From: the human T2T-CHM13v2.0 reference genome, Homo sapiens | DNA: 64,000 nucleotides | Strand: one strand, 5' to 3' | Assembly (NCBI RefSeq): GCF_009914755.1 | Contig: NC_060928.1 | Shown: piece by piece, positions 52,559 to 64,000 of the stretch | Position numbering within the stretch: the stretch's first letter is position 1 | How the letters are laid out: each line of letters opens with the position of its first letter | The notes under the pieces: generated by a model | The model's database searches: none | What the model saw: the letters and a program-made list of their open reading frames with translations, nothing else | What the model was told of the DNA's origin: nothing | Program-made: the position numbers and the translations under genes

Positions 52559-53586
52559 ATGAGGAAAAACCAGCACAAAAAAAGGCTGAAAATTCCAAAA
52601 ACCAAAATGCCTCTTCTCCTCCAAAGGATCACAACTCCTTGCCAGCAAGGGAACAAAACTGGATGGAGAATGAGTTTGACCAATTGAAGGAAGTAGGCTT
52701 CAGGAGGTGGGTAATAACAAACTCTGCCGAGCTAAAGGAGCATGTTCTAACCCAATGCAAGGAAGCTAAGAACCTTGGAAAAAAGTTAGAGGAATTGCTA
52801 ACTAGAATAACCAGTTTAAAGAGGAACATAAATGACCTGATGGAGCTGAAAAACACAGCACAAGAACTTTGTGAAGCATACACAAATATCAATAGCCAAA
52901 TTGATCAAGCAGAAGAAAGGATTTCAGAGATTGAAGATCACCTTAATAAAATAAAGCATGAAGACAAGATTAGAGAATAAAGAATGAAAAGGAATGAACA
53001 AAGCCTCCAAGAAAATATGGACTATGTGAAAAGACCAAACCTATATTTGATTGGTGTACATGAAAGTGATGGGGAGAATGAAACCAAGTTGGAAAATACT
53101 CTTCAGGATATCATCCAGGAGAACTTCCCCAACCTAGCAAGGCAGGCCAACATTCAAATTCAGGAAATACAGAGAACACCACTAAGATATTACTCAATAA
53201 GAGCAACCCCAAGACACACAATCATCAGATTCACCAAGGTTGAAATGAAGGGAAAAATGTTAAGGGCAGCCAGAGAGAAAGGTCAGGTTACCCACAAAGG
53301 GAAGCCCATCAGACTAACAGTGGATCTCTCTGCAGAAACCCTACAAGCCAGAAGTAAGTAGGGGCCAATATTCAACACTCTTAAAGAAAAGAATTTTCAA
53401 CCCAGAATTTCATATCCAGCCAAACTAAGCTTCATAAGTGAAGGAGAAATAAAATCCTTTACAGACAAGCAAATGCTGAGAGATTTTGTCACCACCAGGC
53501 CTGCCTTACAGGAGATCCTGAAGAAAGCACTAAACATGGAAAGGAGCAACCGGTACCAGCCACTGCAAAAACATAACAAATTGTAA
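52559..53586 (+). pseudogene. L1 ORF1p remnant (frameshift and premature stops)
   Basis: ORF pieces 52639-52980 and 52984-53361 (YVKRPNL..IG..ESDGEN..KLENTLQDIIQENFPNLARQ). Confidence 0.92.
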
Positions 53587-53649
53587 AGACCATTGACATT
53601 GTGAAGAAACTGCAGCAACTAATGGGCAAAATAGCCAGCTAGCATCATA

Positions 53650-56600
53650 ATGATAGGATCCAATTCACACATAACAATATTAACCTTAAATGTAAACGGG
53701 CTAAATGCCCCAAGACACAGACTGGCAAACTGGATAAAGAGTCAAGAACCATCAGTGTGTTGTATTCAGGAGACCCATCTCACATGCAAATAAAGGAATG
53801 GAGGAATATTTAGCAAGTAAATGGAAAGAAAAAAAAAGCAGGGGTTGCCATCCTAGTCTCTGATAAAACAGACTTTAAACCAACAAAGATAAAAAATGAC
53901 AAAAAAGGAGCACCCAGACTCATATAATAAGATCTTAGAGACCTACAAAGAGACTTAGACTCCCACACAATAATAATGAGAAACTTTAACACCCCACTGT
54001 CAATATTAGACAAATCAATGAGACAAAAAAGTAACAAGGATATTCAGGACTTCAATTCAGCTCTAGACCAAATGGACCTAATAGACATCTACAGAACTCT
54101 CCACCCCAAATCAAAAGAATATACATTCTTCTCAGCACCACATCACACTTATTCTAAAATTGACCACATAATTGGAAGTAAAACACTCTTCAGCAAACGC
54201 AAAAGAATGGAAATCATAACAGTCTCTCAGACCACAGTGAAATCAAATTAGAACTCATGATTAAGAAACTCACTCAAACCACATGACTACATGGAAGCTG
54301 AACAACCTGTTTCTGAATGACTACTGAGTAAATAACAAAATTAAGGCTTAAATAATTGAGCTCTTTGAAACCAATGAGAACAAACATACAATGTACCAGA
54401 ATCTCTGGGACAGAGCTAAAGCAGTGTTTAGTGGGAAATGTATAGCACTAAATGCCCACAGGAGAAAACAGAAAAGATCTAAAATTGGCACCCTAACATC
54501 ACAATTAAAAGAACTAGAGAAGCAAGAGCAAGCAAACTAAAAAACTAGCAGAAGACAAGAAATAACTAAGATTAGAGCAGAACTGAAGGAGATAGAGACA
54601 TAAAAAGCCCTTCAAAAAATCAATGAATACAGGAGCTGGTTTTTTCAAAAGATCAACAAAATAGACCAGTTGCCAGACTAGTAAAGAAGAAAGGAGAGAA
54701 GAATCAAATAGACACGATAAAAATGATAAAGGGGATATCACCACTGATCCCACAAAAATGCAAACTACCATCAGAGAATACTATAAAAACCTCCACGCAA
54801 ATAGACTAGAAAATCTAGAAGAAATGGATAAATTCCTGGATACATACACCCTACCAAGACTAAACAAGGAAGAAGTCCAATCCCTGAATAGACCAATAAC
54901 AAGTTCTGAAATGGAAGCAGTAATTAATAGCCTACCAACCAAAAAAAGTCCAGGACCAGACAGATTCACAGCCGAATTCTACCAGAGGTACACAGAAGAG
55001 CTGGTACTATTCCTTCTGAAACTATTCCAGTCAACAGAAAAAGAGGGACTCCTCCCTAACTCATTTTATGATGCCAGCATCATCCTGATACCAAAACCTG
55101 GCAGAGACACAACAACAACAAAAAAGAAAATTTCAGGCCAATATTCCTGAAGAATGTCAATGTAAAAATCCTCAATAAAATACTGGCAAACTGAATCCAG
55201 CAGCCCATCACAAAGCTTATCCACCATGATCAAGTTGGCTTCATCCCTGGGATGCAAGGCTGGTTCAACATCTGCAAATCAATAAACATAATCCATCACA
55301 TAAACAGAACCAATGACAAAAAACACATGATTATCTCAATGGATGCAGAAAAGGTCTTCAACAAAATACAACACCCCTTCATGCTAAAAACTCTCAATAA
55401 ACTAGGTATTGATGGAACATACATCAAAATAATAAGAGCTATTTATGACTAACCCACAGCCAATATCATATTGAATGGGCAAAAACTGGAAGCCCTCTCT
55501 CCCCACTCCTATTCAACACAGTATTGGAAGTTCTGGCTACGCAATCAGGCAAGAGAAAGAAATAAAGTGTATTCAAATAGGAAGAGAGGAAGTCAAATTG
55601 CCTCTGTTTACAGATGACATGATTGTATATTTAGAAAACCCCATCATCTCAGCCCAAAATCTCCTTAAGCTGATAAGCAACTTCAGTAAAGTTTCAGATA
55701 CAAAATCAATGTACAAAAATTACAAGCATTCCTTTATACCAATAATAGACAAAAATAGAGCCAAATTATGAATGAACTTCATTCACAATTACTACAAAGA
55801 GAATAAAATACCTAGGAATACAACTTACAAGGGACGTGAAGGACCTCTTCAAGGAGAACTACAAACCACTCCTCAAGGAAATAAGAGAGGACACAAACAA
55901 ATGGAAAAACATTCCATGCTCATGGATAGGAAAAATCAACATTGTGAAAATTGCCATACTCACCAAAGTAATTTATAGATTCTATGCTATCCCTGTCAAC
56001 CTACCATTGACTTTCTTCAAAGAATTAGAAAAAACTACTTTAAATTTCATATAGAACAAAAAACAGCCCATATAGCCGAGACAATCCTAAGCAAAAAGAA
56101 CAAAGCAGGAGGCATCACGCTACCTGACTTCAAACTATACTACAAAGCTACAGTAACCAAAACAGCATGGTACTGGTACCAAAACAGATATATAGACCAA
56201 TAGGACAGGATAGAGGCCTCAGAAATAATGCCACACATGTACAACCATCTGATCTTCAACATTCCTGACAAAAACAAGCAATGGGGAAAGGATTTCCTAT
56301 CTAATAAATGGTGTTGGGAAAACTGGCTAGCCATATGCAGAAAACTGAAAAATGGATTAAAGACTTAAATGTAAGACCTAAAACCATAAAAACCCTAGAA
56401 GAAAAACTAGGCAATACCATTCAGGACATAGGCATGGGCAAAGGCTTCATGACTAAAACACCAAAAGCAATGGCAACAAAAGCCAAAAGTGACAAATGGG
56501 ATCTAATTAAACTAAACAGCTTCTGCACAGCAAAAGAAACTAGCATCGGAGTGTACAGGCAACCTACGCAATGGGAGAAAATGTTTGCAATCTACCCGTC

Positions 56601-57291
56601 TGACAAAGGGCTAATATCCAGAATCTACAAAGAATTTAAATAAATTTACAAGAAATAAACAACCCCATCAAAAAATGGGCGAAGGATATGAACATAAATG
56701 TCTTCTCAAAAGAAAACATTTATGTGGCCAACAAACATATGAAGAAAAGCTCATCATCACTGGTCATTAGAGAAATGCAAATTAAAACCACAATGAGATA
56801 CCATCTTACACCAGTTAGAATGGCAATCATTAAAAAGTCAGTAAACAACAGATGCTGGAGAGGATGTGGAGAAATAGGAACGCATTTACACTGTTGGTGG
56901 GTGTGTAAATTAGTTCAACCATTGTGGAAGACAGTGTGGCAACTCCTCAAGGATCTAGAACCAGAAATGCCATTTGACCCAACAATCCCATTACTGGGTA
57001 TATACTCAAAGGATTATAAATCATTCTACTATAAAGACATGCACACGTATGTTTATTGCAGCACTATTTACAATAGCAAAAACTTGCAACCAACCCAAAT
57101 GCCCATCAATGATAGACTGGATTAAGAAAATGTGGCACATATACACCATGGAATACTATGCAGCCATAAAAAAGAATGAGTTCATGTCCTTTGCAGGGAC
57201 ATGGATGAAACTGGAAACCATCATTCTCAGGAAACTAATACAAGAACAGAAAACCAAACATGGCATGTTCTCACTCATAAGTGGCAGTTGA
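53650..57291 (+). pseudogene. L1 ORF2p remnant (endonuclease/RT), many stops, frameshifts and deletions
   Basis: Fragments such as [63 protein letters not shown]. Confidence 0.92.
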
Positions 57292-58799
57292 ACAATGAGA
57301 ACACATGGACACAGGGAGGGGAATATCACAAACTGGGGCCTGTCAGTGGGTAGAGGGGTAGGGGAGGGATAGCATTAGCAGAAATACCTAATGTAGATGA
57401 TGGGTTGATGGGTGCACAAACCACCAAGGCACGTGTATACCTATGTAACAAACCTGCACGTTCTGCACATGTATCCCACAACTTAAAGTATAATTTTTAA
57501 AAGGTTGCCTGCATTAGATAAATAATTTAAAATGAAAATGCCACTGTTAGTCATGTTCTTTATTACCTGCAGCCAACGCAGCCTATTCAATAACTTCTGC
57601 TTCATGCCTGCAATGCAGTCCCATTGGACATTCATCATTGCCCCAAACATCATACACTTCCCTATCTTCATATCTTTTTTCTACCTAGCTTTGCATATAG
57701 TATTTATTACACTTTATAAAATGAAAGATATGAACTGGCTGATAAAATGTTAAGTTTAAATAAGTGGTCCATAATCAGATAAATCAGTCAAAAATTAATC
57801 GCTTTCTACTTATATGTAAGGCACAATGCTACAGTTGATTTAAATGTTGAGTTTTTACTTAATGATTCTATATGTTCCCAAATGACAATTTCTTGTGCTT
57901 TGTTTTTATACATAAACAAAAGACTTCAATACTAGTTTGATATACAAGATGGTTGTCTAAAGGACAGGAACCAGCTCTCCTGCTGTGTTTTATAAAATGT
58001 CTACTTATTGCTGATGCTCAACCAATATTAAATTATAATAATACTGCTGTGGGTATCATTTAGGTTCCCTGACATTGTTACAACTTGCTATTCTGTTTTT
58101 GAAGCGTATGAGATCCTATAATAAAATTGTTTTATGGAAGTGGATGCAAACTACATACGGTTTGTCAGTCAGCTTACCTGGGTCTCTTTAGGAATGTGTT
58201 CTGCTCAAATAAAGACGTGTTTTAAAATTCTGTATTGGTATGATTCAACTGCAGGAAAGTAAGACTCATAATTTACTATAATAAATTACTTCTCAAAAAC
58301 ATTTATTATCAGACTGCAATGATTCTCAATCCTAAAATAAAAAATCATTCTTTCCTACAAGTAAACCAAAGGAGGGCAAAATGATTTTTTAAATATAAAA
58401 CTAAGTTTAAATCATAGCTCTACCTAAAAGTATTCCTAGGAGATTTTTTTTATCATTTTTTAAATTATTGCACTTAGAAGAAGCATATAATAAAAAGAAT
58501 TTCGAACTCATTCACATAGCTATTACTTTAAAGGGTATCATCGAAAGTTCTGAGATGGTCCAGCTGGCATTTGTCAAACCTCAAAGCTTCCAAGGAAGTC
58601 TTTATGTTTCATGGAATTTTGCTTGAAATTGCTTTAGCATATCAACTTAAGGAATGATTAAGGGAATTAAAGCTAGGGATTATCCATTCAACTGTTTGCT
58701 CATCCACACTATTTCAGAAACTCTACAAATACTTTTTCTTTGGTTGCTTAACTCTATCTTTGTAATCAGCCCTTCAGCTAAAGTCAAAGGGGAATTATC

Positions 58800-59465
58800 T
58801 TTATTGAAGAAGTCTAAAAAATTTTTGGAGAAGTTCTTTGTGATGGAATAACCGTCACTTAAATCCACTTTTATTTTACTCTTTGACATTTATCCCAGAG
58901 AAATGAAAATGTATGCTTATACAGAAGACTGTATACCAATGATTATAGTAGCTTTATGAGTAATAGCCAAAAAATGGAAGCAACCCAGATGTTTTGCAGC
59001 AGGTAAATAGTTAAACTGCAGTACATCTATACCATAGAATACCACTCAACAATAAAAAGAACAAACTATTGGTACACTCAGCAACCTAGATGACTCTCCA
59101 AAGAATCATACTGAATTTAAAAAGCCATTTCCCAAATGACAATTACAAACTGTGTGATTCTATTTATATAATAATACTTTCGTAATGACAAAATTTTGAA
59201 ACTGTAGAACAGATTAGTGGCTTCCAGAGGTTTAGGATGGCATAAGGATAGAAAGGAAGTGGATATGGCTTTAAAAGGGCAACATAAAGAATCTTGTGAT
59301 TAGGAAACTGTTTGTATCTTAACTGTATCAATGTCAATATCTTGGTTGTGATATGGTACTATCATTTTATAAGATTTTATCATTGGGGAAAAATTAGGTA
59401 AAAGGATCACTCTGTATTATTTCTTATAACTGCATACAAGTCTACAATTATCTGAAAATCAAAAA
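58800..59465 (+). mobile_element. L1MC/L1MD-type 3' fragment
   Basis: gacatttatcccagagaaatgaaaatgtatgc...ttatttcttataactgcatacaagtctacaattatctgaaaat. Confidence 0.8.
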
Positions 59466-59955
59466 CCTTCTGCCCAGCATTGATTTCCTCTTTTTATAAC
59501 AACACCCTAATGTTTCTTGCAGCCACTTTTCCTTATTTTCAGTCCATGTGGTTCAGATGTTCAAAGCCAACCTTGGACTTAGTAGGTGGACCTGTAATTC
59601 AGACCCGATCAATGAGCATAGTCTATCTTTTTGACCATAGTGATTGGTTCATGAATAGTCATATGATTTAAGTTGGTGCAGTATACTCAAACCTATGGGT
59701 TTTACTAAACTATAAGAAAGGATAAGCCCTTTTTGCTGAAGTTGCTAAGTATTGTTAAGTAAAAGCTCCAACCAACAGGCCCACCACATCAAATGTGCCA
59801 GTCAGAGAATGTAGTACAAAGGAAAGCAAAACCAAAAGATGCAAAGACTTTAGTCTTAATGACAAAGTTTGTGACCCTGGATTCAATTGTGTCTGAAAGT
59901 AGTATATTCTCTGGACTTTTCAGTTATATGAACTAAAAATGCCCTGTTTGTCAGT
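59466..59955 (+). mobile_element. LTR16-like ERVL LTR
   Basis: tttcagtccatgtggttcag...tgaccatagtgattggttcatgaatagtcatatga...ctctggacttttcagttatatgaac. Confidence 0.6.
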
Positions 59956-60199
59956 TAAAAAAAAAGTTTAATTTTAAAAGATCTTTAGTGAAGATTAGAA
60001 TCACATTCAGTATCTAACACAGGTATTTCTGTAAACAATGTAGCAAAGTTTGAAACACTTTTCACCATAACAAAAATATTTCATTATTCCACTACCAACA
60101 ATTCTGATTTATATTTTATCTCTTAAGTGCAATATTAGTTCTCCTCCTCTTCAGGTCTTGGTGTCTCATTAATTATCTTGAACAAAGCGCTTTTGGTGT

Positions 60200-61500
<1,301 letters not shown>

Positions 61501-61642
61501 TTAAGTCTGCAAGATCTATTTTTTAAAAAAATATTTTCAAAGAAAACTTGTTGATTTAAAATAGTTCAGGAAACAACTAAGTGATTGTATAATTTAAAAT
61601 GGGAAAAGTGACTGCTGGTTTAAAATATAAATTTAAAATTTA

Positions 61643-61643
<1 letters not shown>

Positions 61644-61677
<34 letters not shown>
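61644..61677. repeat. (CA)n microsatellite
   Basis: Directly visible. Confidence 0.97.
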
Positions 61678-61678
<1 letters not shown>

Positions 61679-62099
61679 AACACAAATATATCACAAGAAT
61701 CCTTGGATTGGGACATGTTTTCTTTTAAAATTTGAGTATTAGCAAAAGCAAGGAATTCAGTAGCTCTATGAACCACTCACTGTTTCCAGAGCTCTTCCAC
61801 TGGAGCACCATTTTGTTTCCTTACAAAGAGAATGGACTTCCCTTAGATGGCTGCTCCAAGCAATCACTCTTTTTTAATGGTTCTCAAAAATAAAATGTTA
61901 CCATTTAAAAATCAGAAAAGAAAAAACATCTCATCTGATGCTTGTATTACATTTTCTTTTACCGGATTCACAGCATATGATTAACAATGCACATAAACTT
62001 GGCTCTGTGATTTTGTGTTTAGATAATGATTGAAATCCATTAAACTATCCTTTTATGGTTGATATTCTGTCAGCTGAACATCCAGCAGATTCTTTTTAT

Positions 62100-62800
62100 A
62101 GAAATATGATTTGATCTGCAATGTCCTGGAACATGTTTTCCCAGCTATTTGGCTTCAAGTTTATGGTAATTACCAGGCATTATCTCACAATTTCTACTGC
62201 TCCCAGGAACATTAAAATCCCACCACCCCTAGAAGCTTTTCTTGAGGATGAACCGTGGAAATCCTATGCCATTCCCTACAGGCTCTACTCAAGTGATAGG
62301 GTTTGTTTTTGTTTTCTTTTAACTGTTTCTTGTATTAAGCCTTATTTTTCATATGTCTTATCCCTCCAAATCACTTAAAATTTCCTCAGGAGGAATAAGG
62401 AAGAATTAACGTTTTGGGGCTCTCAGTACCAGCCTGGTCTCATTGCTTTGAATACATTTTTTCATGGCAAATATTAGTTATTATTGACATTTTATCTCCT
62501 GAGATACCTACTTCAGTGCCCAATGAATAGATGCTTGTTAGTTATATAACTGAACAGTCATCAGAGTATTTTTTTCTTAAATAATTTCCATCTAAGTGAA
62601 ACAATAGCTCTTTTATTTTTACTTTAAGTTGCCAATGTAACAATAAAAGTTCATTGTGAATCAAGATATGTAAGGAATTTGGTGGCATTTTTTTTTTAGA
62701 ATTACAAAACGTCAATAGCTTTTTATTAGTGGTATAGTTTCTCTATGAAACACCCTGAACTATAGTAGAGGCTTGCTGAAGATATAGAAGATTCATTTGT
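62100..62800 (+). mobile_element. Decayed Gypsy-type integrase relic M
   Basis: PPPLEAFLEDEPWKSYAI (ORF 62121-62378), QILVIIDILS (62468-62497), YFFLK*FPSK (about 62567-62596). Confidence 0.45.
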
Positions 62801-62959
62801 CCTTTCATAGCAGTTCCTTTGACCAATAGTTTCTGCTTAACATTAGTCACTCATTCTGCTTATTTTCTCACTGATTCTGCTAATGAGTCATAGATTATTT
62901 TGCATCTAAATCTCAGAAGTGTAGATCAAAGTCCTTCATGTGTAATGAAATGAAACTAA

Positions 62960-63450
62960 TAACAGCAACCATTTATTGAGTGATTGTTATGTGTCAGGAA
63001 CTGAGTGTCCTACTTGTGTAACTGCATTTAATTATCGTAACTACCCATTAGGTTGATGCTATTATCATCATCATTTTAAGGATGAGTAAACTAACTCTTA
63101 GAGAAGTAAAGTCAGACAATGCAAAGCCTAAACTTTTATCCATTTACATATACAATGAAACAACATAAGAATTGCAAGAGTGAAATATCTACTTTCCTAG
63201 TGAAGTTTATATGAAATTTGGGATACCTGTGGGGCAGCCATTATGATAGAAACAGAACTAGGAGAGTGGAAATGAGCTCTCTCTGGAAATACTTTCATAA
63301 ACATCTCCTGAAACCCTACCACCAGGTTGGCAAATCATTGTTGTCTCCATCTTACATAGGGAATGGCTCAAAGTCACATAGTTAAGAAGTGGCAAAGACA
63401 GATCCATACTCAGGTCTTATAGATTCCAGGCCAAAACCCATCCATTCCCC
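62960..63450 (-). mobile_element. Two MIR fragments (about 62960-63130 and 63290-63450)
   Basis: aacagcaaccatttattgagtgattgttatgtgtcagg...attttaaggatgagtaaact; aaagtcacatagttaagaagtggcaaagacag. Confidence 0.75.
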
Positions 63451-63699
63451 ACCACCACCATTTAACCCAGTTTCACAGGCGTGGTGGCAGCGATGGCAAA
63501 ATTTGTCCTTCATAGTGTCACATCCATGGCTTCCTAAAGGCTCACATTACCCTCCTACAGACAGCATGGCTGTCTCCAACATGTCTCAACCAAAGTAACT
63601 ACTGATCTCTATTGTGATGTAAAATAAAACATCCCTTATTAGTGCATTTTCTTTTGTGCCCTGTTTTTCATCCTGGATATCAACAAAAGGCCAATCAAA

Positions 63700-63990
63700 C
63701 CAGTAAAAATGTTTAAAATTCTGTATATAACTTTTAGTCCATTTGATGCTCTATATACTTACAAGCACATTTTATAAAATTAGCTGCTTGAAAATCATGT
63801 AGATATATATATTGTTTCAACTTAATTATTCTGTGCAATATAGCACTCACCACAGCCAATTGTTTAAAGTATCCCAATGGCCTTCCAAACTCTCCTATAT
63901 GCTCTACAAAGCATAGTTGTTCTGAGCCCCATCTGCACAGCACAGATAGCCGTGTTCCTCAAGTATTCTATGTGCTCCTCTCTATGCCCC
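63700..63990 (-). mobile_element. Decayed Gypsy RNase H relic N
   Basis: ORF 63734-63943: RWGSEQ (cf. W+.EQ+.AF), GRPLGYF (cf. G+P++Y+S), LAVVSAI, KLKQYIYLHDF (cf. K++QY+YG+.F). Confidence 0.5.
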
Positions 63991-64000
63991 AACCTCTCAT

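Larger units (their letters stand above)
51220..57535 (+). mobile_element. Full-length L1PA7-like LINE-1 (5' UTR, ORF1, ORF2, 3' UTR), disabled
   Basis: 5' end tggctggcaagatgtctgaataggaacagctccggtctg. 3' end gcacgttctgcacatgtatcccacaacttaaagtataat. TSD aaa(t)gccactgtt at 51208-51219 and 57536-57548. Confidence 0.95.
50745..57595 (+). mobile_element. LTR33/LTR16-like ERVL LTR (50745-51219 and 57536-57595) split by the L1
   Basis: The LTR body ends ..ccttatttactaaagccactgtt before the L1 and resumes gccactgttagtcatgttctttattacctgcagccaacgc after it. Confidence 0.6.

Noticed and set aside
51220-57535. Retrotransposition-competent L1
   Set aside because: Both ORFs carry stops, frameshifts and deletions, and the 5' UTR is CpG-depleted.

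Overview
Human genomic DNA (an AluYb8 with its diagnostic 7-bp duplication is present). It is AT-rich, with no CpG island and no intact protein-coding or RNA gene that I can support. Recognisable content: an RPL6 processed pseudogene (7019-7923, -), a full-length but disabled L1PA7-like LINE-1 (51220-57535, +), six Alus, THE1/MLT1/ERVL-type LTRs, hAT DNA transposons (Charlie1a, MER58A, MER5A, MER30), MIR/L2/L1M fragments and microsatellites. Main observation: most of the apparently unique DNA between these repeats translates, through stops and frameshifts, into collinear Ty3/Gypsy pol motifs (RT - RNase H - integrase). One copy ends in a chromodomain-like tail and one has possible gag/protease upstream. 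I count about 15 such relics on both strands, several split by MIR, L1M, Alu or the RPL6 retrocopy. This suggests a dense, very old Gypsy graveyard, although Gypsy elements are not known to be active in mammals. All Gypsy calls are by-eye motif matches in manual translations and need profile-HMM confirmation with a shuffled-sequence control. Boundaries of old repeats are approximate (often +/-50 bp) and subfamily names come from recalled consensus sequences.
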